A stretch of 64,000 nucleotides of DNA from Candidatus Krumholzibacteriia bacterium. Its GTDB lineage: Bacteria > Krumholzibacteriota > Krumholzibacteriia > LZORAL124-64-63. Below, piece by piece: positions 29,828 through 39,444 of this stretch. The translations under genes were made by a program, and so were the position numbers. The stretch lies in contig JBFXKG010000002.1 in the NCBI GenBank assembly GCA_050174015.1, positions 128,001-192,000 on the forward strand, read 5' to 3'. The notes under the pieces were generated by a model that made no database searches, was not told the DNA's origin, and saw only the letters and a list, made by a program, of their open reading frames with translations. Each line of letters begins with the position of its first letter. Within the stretch, counting starts at the first letter, position 1.

Positions 29828-30265
29828 ATGAAGACCACGCTGACCATCCTGCTTTCCCTGCTCCTGGTGGGCATCCTGGCGGGCGGCGCCCTGGCCCAGT
29901 CCGGCCCCGGCTCCGGCGACGGGGTCTGCAACTTCATCGACGAGGACGGGGACGGCTTCAACGATCTGGCCCCCGACGCCGACGGCGACGGCATCCCCAA
30001 CGGGCTGGATCCGGACTACGTGAAGCCCGAGGACGGCACGGGCAGCCGGCACGGTTGGGGCCGCTATGCCAGGCTGATGGTCCAGGCATTCGGTGAAGGC
30101 GGCTCCATGGCCGGCGAGGGCGGTAACCGGTTCGGCCCAGGCGACGGCACCGGCACGGGCGTGGGTCCGGCCGACCACGCGGGCTTCGGTCCCGGCACTG
30201 GCGACGGCACAGGTGATGGCGTCCAGCTGGGGAATCGCTCCCAGCGGCGCGGCGAAAACCAGTAG
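29828..30265 (+). CDS. Secreted Asp/Gly-rich protein with DxDGDG (TSP3-like) putative Ca-binding motifs, paralog 1
   Basis: Signal peptide ending ALA; DEDGDG, DADGDGIPN; GPGxG repeats; RBS AAGGAG. Confidence 0.8.
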   Translation: MKTTLTILLSLLLVGILAGGALAQSGPGSGDGVCNFIDEDGDGFNDLAPDADGDGIPNGLDPDYVKPEDGTGSRHGWGRYARLMVQAFGEGGSMAGEGGNRFGPGDGTGTGVGPADHAGFGPGTGDGTGDGVQLGNRSQRRGENQ

Positions 30266-30278
30266 CCCGGACCTGACG

Positions 30279-30306
30279 GCGGGGCCCTGCGGGGCCCCGT
30301 TTTTTT
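30279..30306 (+). terminator. Rho-independent terminator after paralog 1
   Basis: GCGGGGCCC-TGCG-GGGCCCCGT followed by T run. Confidence 0.8.
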
Positions 30307-30318
30307 CGTCCGGGCCTT

Positions 30319-30365
30319 CGCAGGATTCTGCGTAAGGTTGCCCGCGTCTCCCGCAGGAATTTGCG
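30319..30365 (+). promoter_or_regulatory. Paired palindromic enhancer sites (CGCA-N6-TGCG) upstream of second paralog
   Basis: CGCAggattcTGCG (30319) and CGCAggaattTGCG (30352), 33 bp apart. Confidence 0.65.
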
Positions 30366-30413
30366 AGGAGGAAGGGCGTCCATTGACGGCCATGGCTGTA
30401 AGTTGTCTTTTTG

Positions 30414-30426
30414 TAAATACTTGATG
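30414..30426 (-). promoter_or_regulatory. Putative IHF binding site
   Basis: Minus strand cATCAAgtatTTA matches WATCAANNNNTTR except the first base; lies between enhancer and sigma54 site. Confidence 0.55.
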
Positions 30427-30447
30427 ATGTCTTCAGGCTCCCCGCCC

Positions 30448-30465
30448 CAGGTACGGGGGTTGCAA
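30448..30465 (+). promoter_or_regulatory. Sigma54 -24/-12 promoter 2
   Basis: CAGGTACGGGGGTTGCAA: GG-N10-GC, shares CGGGGGTTGCAA with promoter 1. Confidence 0.72.
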
Positions 30466-30526
30466 GGGTCTCGGCGTGCCGTCACCCGGGCCTGTTTCAG
30501 GGTGTGAGCACGAAGGAGAGTCGGTC

Positions 30527-30970
30527 ATGAAACGGACACTGATCATCATCGCGGCGCTGCTGCTCATGGGATGGCCCATGGCCTCGGCCCTGGCCCAGGA
30601 CGGCCAGCCGGCCGGCCAAGGTGTCTGCCGATTCATCGACGAGGACGGCGACGGATTCAACGATCTGGCCCCGGACGACGATGGGGACGGCATCCCCAAT
30701 CGGCTCGATCCGGATTACGTGCGACCGGAAGACGGCTCGGGCCGGCAGTTCGGCTGGGGTAGGTACGCCAGGTTGTTCCAGATGGTTTACGGAGAAGGCA
30801 TCATGTCCCATGGACCCGCCGAGCGGGGACAGTCGTTCGGCCCCGGCGAGGGCGCCGGGCTGGGCGAGGGACCGGGTGACCATACGGGGTTCGGCCCCGG
30901 TTCCGGTGACGGCACGGGTGATGGCGTCGATGTGGGTGGACGGGCCCAGCGGCGTGGCGGTCGCCGGTAA
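30527..30970 (+). CDS. Secreted Asp/Gly-rich protein with DxDGDG motifs, paralog 2
   Basis: Signal peptide ending ALA; 42 of 50 core residues identical to paralog 1; RBS AAGGAG. Confidence 0.8.
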   Translation: MKRTLIIIAALLLMGWPMASALAQDGQPAGQGVCRFIDEDGDGFNDLAPDDDGDGIPNRLDPDYVRPEDGSGRQFGWGRYARLFQMVYGEGIMSHGPAERGQSFGPGEGAGLGEGPGDHTGFGPGSGDGTGDGVDVGGRAQRRGGRR

Positions 30971-31030
30971 GCGAGGCCTGGGGGCGGATCCTCTTCGGTT
31001 CCGCCCCCCCAGTGAGCAAGGCGAGGGGAG

Positions 31031-32128
31031 ATGACAGGCAGCAGACGGTCCCATCTGGGTTTCGCGTTCGGGATCCTGATCCTGCTGGCGAACCGGGGGG
31101 GGGCCGCCGACCTGGCGGGATCCCTGAGCGTCGGGGGGGGGTATCTGGAAAACCCCCTCGGGGTCGCCTGGGAAAGCGAAGCCGGCTTCCTGTCCCAGAA
31201 CCTGCACCTGGCCTACGTCGGGCAGGGCGAGCGGGACCGCTTCAAGGTCGGCTGGGAAACGGCGGCCTTCGAGTTCGGCAACGGGACGGATCTCGGATCG
31301 CTGCGCAACGGGCTGGGCTGGGAATGGCTGCGGCCATCGGAGAAGGATCCCGGACTCGTGGGCGCAGGAATCCAGGCCGCGTGGAAGAGCTACCGGGAAC
31401 GGTACGCCTATTACGACCACCAGGACCTGGATGCGTACCTGACGCTGAAGACCTATCCGCTCGGCAACCTGATGGCCAGGGCGGTGGCGACCTTCCGGTA
31501 CCGGCGCTACCCGGACCTGCCGGAGGAGGGATTCATCGAGCCGCGGCTGAACCTGGAACTGAAGCGGTTCTCGGCCGGCGGCACCATGCTCGGGCTGGAT
31601 GTGAACCTGGGCGCCAAGAAATTCTACGACTCGGCCGCGTCGTCCGTATGGGAGACCCCTAATCTCCCCTCCACCTCCCAGCTGGCGACGCGGCTGAACT
31701 TTTCCCGGAGCCTGGGCGACCGCCTGGGCCTGCGCGCCTGGGCCGAGGCGCGGTTCTCCCTCGAGGAATTCCCCCATTACGTCGGCGAGGATCTCTACGA
31801 CAGCCCGCTGCTGGACTTCTACGCCCACGAGGGTTTCGACGGCCTCTTCGCCCTCAAGTGGCTGGGACCCGGCCTGCTCTGGTTCGAACCGGGCCTGGCC
31901 TACGGCGACCATGATTACGGGGAAATCCTGTTCGCAGGGGAAAACGGGGGGGCGACCCGCCGGGACACCCTCGCCGACCTCTTCCTCAGCGTGGAGAAGA
32001 CCTTCAGGGCGGGTTCGAGCCGCGTGCGCTGGCGGTCCGTCCTGACGTACAGGGACCAGGATTCCACCCTCGACGCCTATCGTTTTTCCGGCCTGTCGGC
32101 CTCGAGCACCTTGACGTACTTCTTCTGA
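31031..32128 (+). CDS. Putative outer-membrane beta-barrel protein
   Basis: Signal-like N-terminus, Tyr/Phe/Trp-rich alternating strands, C-terminal LTYFF. Confidence 0.65.
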   Translation: MTGSRRSHLGFAFGILILLANRGGAADLAGSLSVGGGYLENPLGVAWESEAGFLSQNLHLAYVGQGERDRFKVGWETAAFEFGNGTDLGSLRNGLGWEWLRPSEKDPGLVGAGIQAAWKSYRERYAYYDHQDLDAYLTLKTYPLGNLMARAVATFRYRRYPDLPEEGFIEPRLNLELKRFSAGGTMLGLDVNLGAKKFYDSAASSVWETPNLPSTSQLATRLNFSRSLGDRLGLRAWAEARFSLEEFPHYVGEDLYDSPLLDFYAHEGFDGLFALKWLGPGLLWFEPGLAYGDHDYGEILFAGENGGATRRDTLADLFLSVEKTFRAGSSRVRWRSVLTYRDQDSTLDAYRFSGLSASSTLTYFF

Positions 32129-32256
32129 TCACGCCCGTTCCCCACCGTCCGGCAACATGCGGGTTTTCCCCCGCGGGGTGCGCGTTGTACTATTGCCCCG
32201 ATGCCCGGACCCGGGGTGGGTCCGGGGCGTCGGCCACCGGCCCGGGAGAGTGGAGC

Positions 32257-33993
32257 TTGCAGGAACATCTCCAGCACCTCATCGAGAAGATCCGCGATTC
32301 GATCATCGGGGACGACCGGGCCCTGGAAGGCCCCTTCGGGTTGCGGCGGCTGACCTATGCCGACTACACGGCCAGCGGCCGGTCACTCAGCTTCATCGAG
32401 GACTACATCCGCGAGGAAGTGCTCCCCCTGTACGCCAACACCCACACCGAGACGTCCAGCACCGGTCTGCAGACGACCTGCTTCCGGGAGGACGCGCGGC
32501 GGATCATCCACCGGGCCGTGGGCGGGACCGACCAGGACGTGGTGATCTTCTGCGGTTCGGGAGCCACCGGCGCGATCAACAAGCTCATCGACATCCTGAA
32601 CCTGCGGGTGCCCAGGGATCTGGACGAGCGTTATGGGCTGTCCTGCCGGATTCCCGAGGACCAGCGCCCGGTGGTGTTCATCGGTCCCTACGAGCATCAT
32701 TCCAACGAGCTGCCCTGGCGCGAATCCATCGCCGACGTCGTGACCATCCCCGAGGACCAGGACGGCCGCATCGACCAGGCCGCCCTCGAGGCGGAGCTGA
32801 AGAACCACGCCTCGCGGCCGCTGAAGATCGGCAGCTTCTCCGCCGCGAGCAACGTGACGGGCATCGTGTCCGACACCAGGGGCATCTCCCGGCTCCTTCA
32901 TCGGTACGACGCCCTGGCATTCTGGGACTTCGCCGCCGCCGCCCCGTACGTGAAGATCGAGATGAACCCCGCGGCCGCCGCGGGCGATCCCGGCGCGGGG
33001 ACGGGGCTGGCCTTCAAGGACGCCGTGTTCATCTCGCCCCACAAGTTCATCGGGGGCCCCCAGACCCCCGGAGTGCTGGTGGCCAAGAAGGCCCTGCTGA
33101 CCAACCGGGTGCCGTCGGTCCCGGGTGGAGGAACGGTCAGCTACGTCAGCTCCGCCAGGCACACCTACCTGAAGGACCACGCCCACCGCGAGGAGGGCGG
33201 GACGCCGGGCATCATCGAGGCCATCCGGGCGGGGCTGGTCTTCCATCTCAAGGGCGCCGTGGGCGAGGAGAACATCGAGGAGCTGGAGGACGGATTCCTG
33301 CGCCGGGCGATCGCCACCTGGGCAGAGCATCCCAACATCCACATCCTGGGGAACCTTGAGGCCCAGCGCCTGTCCATCGTCTCCTTCGTGATCCGGCACC
33401 GGGATCGCATCCTGCACCACAACTACGTGGTCGCCCTGCTCAACGACCTGTTCGGGATCCAGGCCCGCGGAGGGTGCTCCTGCGCCGGCCCCTACGGGCA
33501 CCGCCTGCTGGGGATCGACCTGGCGCACAGCATGCGCTACCACGACGCCATCAAGGCCGGCGCCGAGGGGATCAAGCCGGGCTGGGTCCGTCTGAACTTC
33601 AACTACTTCATCAGCGAGGAGGTGTTCCGGTTCCTCACGCGGGCCGTGGAGATCGTCGCCGACGACGGCTGGCGCCTGCTGCCCTTCTACGACTTCGACC
33701 CCGTGACCGGGATCTGGCGGCACAAGGACTCCCGCCGCGGGGGGGGAGTGCGCCTGGACGACATCTCCTTCAGGACCGGCAGGATGCAGTACCGGGCCCA
33801 CCACGTCACCGAACCGGACACCGCCTTCGCGGACTACCTGACCGAGGCGGAGAAGCTGATGGCCAGCCTGCGGGAATTCGCGGCGGAGGCGGGTTCGGGC
33901 GGCGGCCCGGGCCCGGGCCCGGATTCCGGACCCGCGACCCTCGACGAGGACCTTGAGGGGCTGCGCTGGTTTCCCCTGCCGGGGGAGGGCTGA
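32257..33993 (+). CDS. Class V PLP-dependent aminotransferase / cysteine desulfurase-like enzyme
   Basis: YADYTASGR, EHHSNELPW, SNVTG, SPHKF (PLP Lys), RGGCSCAGPY; TTG start assumed. Confidence 0.88.
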   Translation: MQEHLQHLIEKIRDSIIGDDRALEGPFGLRRLTYADYTASGRSLSFIEDYIREEVLPLYANTHTETSSTGLQTTCFREDARRIIHRAVGGTDQDVVIFCGSGATGAINKLIDILNLRVPRDLDERYGLSCRIPEDQRPVVFIGPYEHHSNELPWRESIADVVTIPEDQDGRIDQAALEAELKNHASRPLKIGSFSAASNVTGIVSDTRGISRLLHRYDALAFWDFAAAAPYVKIEMNPAAAAGDPGAGTGLAFKDAVFISPHKFIGGPQTPGVLVAKKALLTNRVPSVPGGGTVSYVSSARHTYLKDHAHREEGGTPGIIEAIRAGLVFHLKGAVGEENIEELEDGFLRRAIATWAEHPNIHILGNLEAQRLSIVSFVIRHRDRILHHNYVVALLNDLFGIQARGGCSCAGPYGHRLLGIDLAHSMRYHDAIKAGAEGIKPGWVRLNFNYFISEEVFRFLTRAVEIVADDGWRLLPFYDFDPVTGIWRHKDSRRGGGVRLDDISFRTGRMQYRAHHVTEPDTAFADYLTEAEKLMASLREFAAEAGSGGGPGPGPDSGPATLDEDLEGLRWFPLPGEG

Positions 33994-34042
33994 GGGGTCA
34001 TGGCGGAGGTGTGGCGCCGCGGACCTGCCCGGCGGATCCGGA

Positions 34043-34543
34043 TCAGCCGAAGATCAGCTGGACGACCTTCTCCAGGCCGGCGCGGTCGGCCTCGCTGAAG
34101 GCGTCGGGCCGGTCGGAATCCACGTCCAGCACCCCCACCACGTTGCCCGCCGGTTCCCGCACCGGGACGACGATCTCGCTCCGGGACCGCTCGTCGCAGG
34201 CGACGTGGCCCGCGAAGGCGTGGACGTCGGGGACGATGATGGAGCGGCGTTCGCGCACGCCCGTCCAGCAGACCCCGTCGGGACCGGGCAGGACGGCGCA
34301 GGCCAGGGGGCCCTGGTAGGGGCCGACGATCAACTCGCCGCCTTCCAGGCGGTAGAATCCGGTCCAGAAATAGTGGGGCATCTTGTGGTGCAGCAGGGCC
34401 GCGATCGTGGCCATCCGGGAGATCTCGTCCCACCCGGATTCCGCGTACCTTTCGAACAGCTCCTCGAGTTGCCGGAAGATCCGTTCATAGCGGCCGGCGA
34501 GCTGTTCGGGAGTGATACCGCCGCTGGATCGGGAGGAAGGCAT
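34043..34543 (-). CDS. msrC: GAF-domain free methionine-R-sulfoxide reductase
   Basis: WTGFY, GPYQGPLAC, GVC, GHVACD, SEIVVP, VLDVDS. Confidence 0.8.
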   Translation of the reverse strand: MPSSRSSGGITPEQLAGRYERIFRQLEELFERYAESGWDEISRMATIAALLHHKMPHYFWTGFYRLEGGELIVGPYQGPLACAVLPGPDGVCWTGVRERRSIIVPDVHAFAGHVACDERSRSEIVVPVREPAGNVVGVLDVDSDRPDAFSEADRAGLEKVVQLIFG

Positions 34544-34564
34544 GATGCATCCTTTCGGACCGGC

Positions 34565-35956
34565 TCAGGGAAGGAGGCGCGGCAGGTATTCCCCGCCTGG
34601 CTGATCCCCGCAAAGCCGCCCCCGATCGACCACCCGGCGGCCTCGCAGCCAGACGTCGGTCACCTGCCCGCTGACCGGCAGGCCCTTGTAGAGGTTCCCG
34701 GCCCCGTCGCTCGAGCCCAGGGGTTGCCAGGGGCCTTCGACCAGGGGATCGAAGCAAACGATATCGGCATCGTAACCGGGTTGCAAGCGTCCTTTGCGGC
34801 CGGAAAGTCCCATGATCTCAGCAGGTTTTGCCGCCACGGCCTCGATCCAGCGGCCGGGGCCCAGACGGTCCTTGCGGACCAGTTCGCTGAAGGACAGGGT
34901 GATCCTCTCCCCGACCCCGCCGCAACCGTTGGGAACGCCGGGGAAGCCGCCGGCCGCCGCGGCGGCCTTGACCGCCAGGGGGAATTCGCAATGGTCGGTC
35001 GACAGGATGTCGATCCGTCCGGCGGCGAGCCCCCGGACCAGGCCGCGGCCGTGGCGGGCGGGGCGCAGGGGGGGCGAACAAAGGGCCGCGAGGGCGGGCT
35101 CGTGGCCGGAACGGTAGAGTCCGTCGTCGGCCAGCAGGTGGTGCAGGCAGACCTCGCCGATCAGCGGCAGGTCGGGCCCGCCGTCCCGGCGCCGTCGCCG
35201 GGCTGCCTCCAGCGCCGCCAGGCTGTCTTCCAGGCTCAGGTGGACCACCGTCAGGGGGCAGCCGTGCTCCAGGGCCAGGGCCAGGCAGCGTTCGACCGCC
35301 TGCGTTTCCGATTCGGGAGGATGGGCGGCCGGATGCCAGTTCGGGGTGGTGCGCCCGGTCGCCAGGAGGACCTGCTCGGCCTCCGCGTTCATCTCGCCGT
35401 CCTCGGCGTGCACCAGCAGCATGCCTCCGGCGGCCTTCACCCTGGTCATCAGGAGTCCCATCTGGGATTCCGTCAGCATGAGGCGGCCCTTGTAGGCCAG
35501 GAAGCCCTTGAAGGTGGGAATGCCGCGGGCGACCAGGGCGGGGATCTCCGCCAGACGTTCCGGGGCGGTGTCGGTCACGGTGCAGTGGAGACCGAAATCG
35601 CAGAGGCAGGCGCCTTGCGCCATGGCCAGCCAGCGGTCGACGGCCTGGGCCAGGGATTCGCCCGGTTCGGGGTTGGCGAAGTCGATGATGGTGGTGGTTC
35701 CGCCCAGCAGGGCGGCCTCGCTGCTCTGTCGCCACCCCAGGCTGGCGACGCCGGGACGCAGGGGCATGCCGAAGTGGGTGTGGACGTCGACCCCGCCGGG
35801 CAGGATCCACCGGCCGGCGGCGGAGAACACTTCCTCGCCCGGGGAGGGGTCGGCCGCGCCGGGGGGGGTGACGGCCGCGATGACCGCCCCTGCCACCTGG
35901 AGATCGGCGGGAACGGGCCCGGCTGCGGTGATCAGAAGGCCTCCTCGGATGATCAT
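34565..35956 (-). CDS. Dihydropyrimidinase / D-hydantoinase-like cyclic amidohydrolase
   Basis: PGGVDVHTH, GGTTT, FKGFLAY (carbamylated Lys), VHAED, SPPLR, STDHC. Confidence 0.85.
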   Translation of the reverse strand: MIIRGGLLITAAGPVPADLQVAGAVIAAVTPPGAADPSPGEEVFSAAGRWILPGGVDVHTHFGMPLRPGVASLGWRQSSEAALLGGTTTIIDFANPEPGESLAQAVDRWLAMAQGACLCDFGLHCTVTDTAPERLAEIPALVARGIPTFKGFLAYKGRLMLTESQMGLLMTRVKAAGGMLLVHAEDGEMNAEAEQVLLATGRTTPNWHPAAHPPESETQAVERCLALALEHGCPLTVVHLSLEDSLAALEAARRRRRDGGPDLPLIGEVCLHHLLADDGLYRSGHEPALAALCSPPLRPARHGRGLVRGLAAGRIDILSTDHCEFPLAVKAAAAAGGFPGVPNGCGGVGERITLSFSELVRKDRLGPGRWIEAVAAKPAEIMGLSGRKGRLQPGYDADIVCFDPLVEGPWQPLGSSDGAGNLYKGLPVSGQVTDVWLRGRRVVDRGRLCGDQPGGEYLPRLLP

Positions 35957-36211
35957 GCCCTACCTATAGCGGGAACCGCCGGGCTTGGCCAGGGTAAAAA
36001 GCTGATCGGCCCGGTCCCCGGTCCCGCGGGGGATTTTGCGGTTTTCCTCCCGCAGGACATGGACTAGAATGGCCCCCGTGGCCAACGTCCGGATCCTTCA
36101 GCCCGCAGAGCTGCGAGCCGGAGCGTCGAGTGGTCCGGGCCGGATCAGCCGCCGGCGGGCTCCGCCCGCTGTGCGCAAGCAGTGGATTCCCACCACAGGA
36201 GCGGTGATATC

Positions 36212-36877
36212 ATGAAAAAATGGATCAGCCTGCTGCTGCTCGTCGCTTTGATCGCCGGGGCGGCCGGGTGCGCCAATATGAACAGGCAACAGAAGGGCAC
36301 CGTCATCGGGGCCGGGACCGGGGCCGCCATCGGCGGGATCATCGGCAAGAACAGCGGAGACACCGCCATGGGAGCCCTGCTCGGCGCCATGGTCGGCGGC
36401 GCAGCCGGGGCCTACATCGGCGGCTACATGGACGACCAGGCCGAGGAGATCGAGCGGGACCTCGAAGGCGCCAGCGTCGAGCGGGTGGGCGAGGGCATCA
36501 AGATCACCTTCGATTCGGGCATCCTGTTCGAGGTCGCCAAGAGCGACCTCCAGGCCGGCGCGAGGACCAACCTCGGCAACCTCTCGGCCATCCTGCAGAA
36601 GTACTCCGACACCGACATCCTCATCGAGGGGCATACCGATGCGGACGGCGCGGAGGACTACAACCTGGAACTCTCCCGCAACCGGGCCAACTCGGTGGCC
36701 AACTATCTGTCCGGCCTCGGGGTGGACGCCACGCGCTTCACCATCATGGGCTACGGCGAGACCCAGCCCATCGCCGACAACGCGACCGTCGAGGGCAAGC
36801 GCCAGAACCGGCGGGTGGAACTGGCCATCATGGCCAACAACAAGCTGAAGAAGATCGCCGAGCAGAAGGCCGGCTGA
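36212..36877 (+). CDS. OmpA-family lipoprotein with glycine zipper
   Basis: Lipobox AAGC; GAxxGA zipper; IEGHTD, NLELSRNRA, NRRVE. Confidence 0.92.
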   Translation: MKKWISLLLLVALIAGAAGCANMNRQQKGTVIGAGTGAAIGGIIGKNSGDTAMGALLGAMVGGAAGAYIGGYMDDQAEEIERDLEGASVERVGEGIKITFDSGILFEVAKSDLQAGARTNLGNLSAILQKYSDTDILIEGHTDADGAEDYNLELSRNRANSVANYLSGLGVDATRFTIMGYGETQPIADNATVEGKRQNRRVELAIMANNKLKKIAEQKAG

Positions 36878-36934
36878 TCGGTCCGGCCGGAAAGATCCGG
36901 CCGGAAGGTGTGACGGCCAGGCGCGGGAAGGCTT

Positions 36935-38542
36935 ATGAAGCGGATCCATACGAGAATCAACAGGAACGATGCGAGCTTCCAGGAAAACGACCGACTGAAC
37001 CGCCGCAGGGCCGCCGATCTGGCGGCCCTGCTGCAGGGAATCAGGCTGGGCGGCAGCGAGAAGGCCAGGCAGCGGCATCTCGCCCAGGGCAAGCTGCTGG
37101 TGCGGGACAGGATCGAGGGCCTGCTCGATCCCGGAACCCCGTTCCTGGAGCTGTCGCCCCTGGCGGCCCGCGGGGTCTATGAGGACGACGTGCCCGCGGC
37201 GGGGCTGGTCACCGGGGTCGGCATGGTCCACGGCCGGCAGGTGATGATCGTGGCGAACGACGCCACGGTCAAGGGCGGCACCTACTATCCGGTCACCGTC
37301 AAGAAGCACCTTCGGGCCCAGGAGATCGCCCGGGAGAACCGCCTGCCGTGCATCTACCTCGTCGACAGCGGGGGGGCGTTCCTGCCCCTCCAGGCCGAGG
37401 TGTTTCCCGACCGGGAGCACTTCGGGCGCATCTTCTACAACCAGGCGACGCTCAGCGCCCTGGAGATCCCCCAGATCAGCGCGGTGCTGGGTTCCTGCAC
37501 CGCGGGCGGGGCCTACGTCCCCGCGATGAGCGACGAGGTCGTCATCGTCAAGGAGCAGGGCACGATCTTCCTGGGCGGACCGCCCCTGGTCAAGGCGGCC
37601 ACGGGCGAGGAGGTCACGGCCGAGGAGCTGGGCGGGGGCGACGTCCACACCCGCATCAGCGGGGTGGCCGACTATCTCGCCAACGACGACGCCCACGCCC
37701 TGCGCCTGGTCCGGGACATCGTCGAGGACCTGGGGCCGGTCAGCAGGACCGTCACCCCGGGGGACCGGGCCGAGGACCCCTATTACGATCCCGACGAGCT
37801 CTACGGCGTCGTCAGCCACGATCCCAAGTTCCCCTTCGACATCCGGGAGGTCATCGCCCGGATCGTGGACGGCAGCCGCCTGCACGAGTTCAAGCCCCGT
37901 TACGGGACCACCCTGGTCTGCGGGTTCGCGCGCATCCACGGGATCACCGTGGGCATCCTCGCCAACAACGGCATCCTGTTCAGCGAGGAGGCGCTCAAGG
38001 GCACCCACTTCATCGAGCTCTGCAACGGGCGCCGCATCCCTCTGCTCTTCCTGCAGAACATCACCGGCTTCATGATCGGCAAGCGCTACGAGCACGGCGG
38101 CATCGCCAAGGACGGCGCCAAGCTGGTGAACGCGGTCAGCAACAGCACGGTCCCCAAGTTCACGGTGATCGTCGGCGGCAGCTTCGGGGCGGGCAACTAC
38201 GGCATGTGCGGGCGCGCCTACCAGCCGCGGCTGCTGTTCATGTGGCCCCATGCCAAGATCTCCGTGATGGGCGGGGAGCAGGCCGCCAACGTCCTGCTGA
38301 CGGTCAAGAAGGACCAGGTCGCCCGCCATGGCGAGAGCCTCACGCCCGACCAGGAGAGCGGGATCACCGCGCCGATCCTGCAGAAGTACGAGACCGAGGG
38401 CCATGCCTACTACAGCAGCGCCAGGCTGTGGGACGACGGCGTGATCGATCCTGTCCAGACCCGGGACGTGCTCGGCCTGGCGCTGGCCATGTCCCTGAAC
38501 GCCCCCATTCCGCCGGTCAAGTTCGGCGTCTACCGGATGTAG
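36935..38542 (+). CDS. liuB: 3-methylcrotonyl-CoA carboxylase carboxyltransferase (beta) subunit
   Basis: [53 protein letters not shown]. Confidence 0.9.
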   Translation: MKRIHTRINRNDASFQENDRLNRRRAADLAALLQGIRLGGSEKARQRHLAQGKLLVRDRIEGLLDPGTPFLELSPLAARGVYEDDVPAAGLVTGVGMVHGRQVMIVANDATVKGGTYYPVTVKKHLRAQEIARENRLPCIYLVDSGGAFLPLQAEVFPDREHFGRIFYNQATLSALEIPQISAVLGSCTAGGAYVPAMSDEVVIVKEQGTIFLGGPPLVKAATGEEVTAEELGGGDVHTRISGVADYLANDDAHALRLVRDIVEDLGPVSRTVTPGDRAEDPYYDPDELYGVVSHDPKFPFDIREVIARIVDGSRLHEFKPRYGTTLVCGFARIHGITVGILANNGILFSEEALKGTHFIELCNGRRIPLLFLQNITGFMIGKRYEHGGIAKDGAKLVNAVSNSTVPKFTVIVGGSFGAGNYGMCGRAYQPRLLFMWPHAKISVMGGEQAANVLLTVKKDQVARHGESLTPDQESGITAPILQKYETEGHAYYSSARLWDDGVIDPVQTRDVLGLALAMSLNAPIPPVKFGVYRM

Positions 38543-38550
38543 GAGGCGGC

Positions 38551-39444
38551 ATGGCCCTGCGCACGCGCATCCACGACCGGGTCCTGGTGATCACCCTGGA
38601 CCGCGCCGCGGTGAAGAACGCCCTCGACCGGGCGACCATGGAGGAGCTGCGGGACCTGCTGGACGGCCTGGCCTACCGCGACCCGTTGCCCGTGCCCGGG
38701 GCCGGTGCCTCGGCGGACGTGGATCCGGCCGAGCTGGGGGACCGGGGAAGGTACCGTCCCCACGTGATCGTCCTGGAGGCGGCCGGAGACGTGTTCTGCG
38801 CCGGCGCCGACCTCACGGAGATGCGCCGGCTGGGCGAGGCCGACTTCCAGACCAACCTGGCGGCCGCCCTGGACATGGGGGCGTTGTTCCGGGCCTTCCG
38901 CGGCAGCCCGGTGCCGGTCGTGGCCAGGGTCCAGGGCCCGGCCTTCGGGGGCGGGGTGGGGCTGGCCGCGGCCTGCGACGTCGTCGTCGCCACCCCCGCC
39001 GCGAGGTTCGCCTTCACCGAGGTGCGCCTGGGCCTGGTGCCCGGGGTCATCTCGCCCCTGGTGGTCGACCGCATCGGGCAGACGGCGGCCCGCCGCTACT
39101 TCTTGACCGGAGCCCGCATCGACGCGGCCGAGGCCCTTCGGATCGGCCTGGTGGACGTGGTGGCGCGGGACGGGGACCTCGACGCCGCGGTGGGCGCGGT
39201 CGTGGACGATCTCCTGAAGGCGGGACCCGAGGCCCTGAGCATGTGCAAGAGCCTGCTGGACGGGGGCCAGTCCCTGGGTTTCGCCCGCAGCGCCGAGTTC
39301 ACCGCGCGCATGATCGCCGAGGCCCGGACCAAGCCCGAGGCACAGGCCGCCCTGAAGGCCTTCTTCGCCGGGGACGCCCCGCCGTGGGTGAGCGACCGGG
39401 CGTGGACGCTGTATCGTGACGAGCCCGGGAAAGGACGCCCATGA
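38551..39444 (+). CDS. liuC: Methylglutaconyl-CoA hydratase-like crotonase
   Basis: FCAGADL, AFGGGVGLAAACD, FTEVRLG; operon context. Confidence 0.78.
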   Translation: MALRTRIHDRVLVITLDRAAVKNALDRATMEELRDLLDGLAYRDPLPVPGAGASADVDPAELGDRGRYRPHVIVLEAAGDVFCAGADLTEMRRLGEADFQTNLAAALDMGALFRAFRGSPVPVVARVQGPAFGGGVGLAAACDVVVATPAARFAFTEVRLGLVPGVISPLVVDRIGQTAARRYFLTGARIDAAEALRIGLVDVVARDGDLDAAVGAVVDDLLKAGPEALSMCKSLLDGGQSLGFARSAEFTARMIAEARTKPEAQAALKAFFAGDAPPWVSDRAWTLYRDEPGKGRP

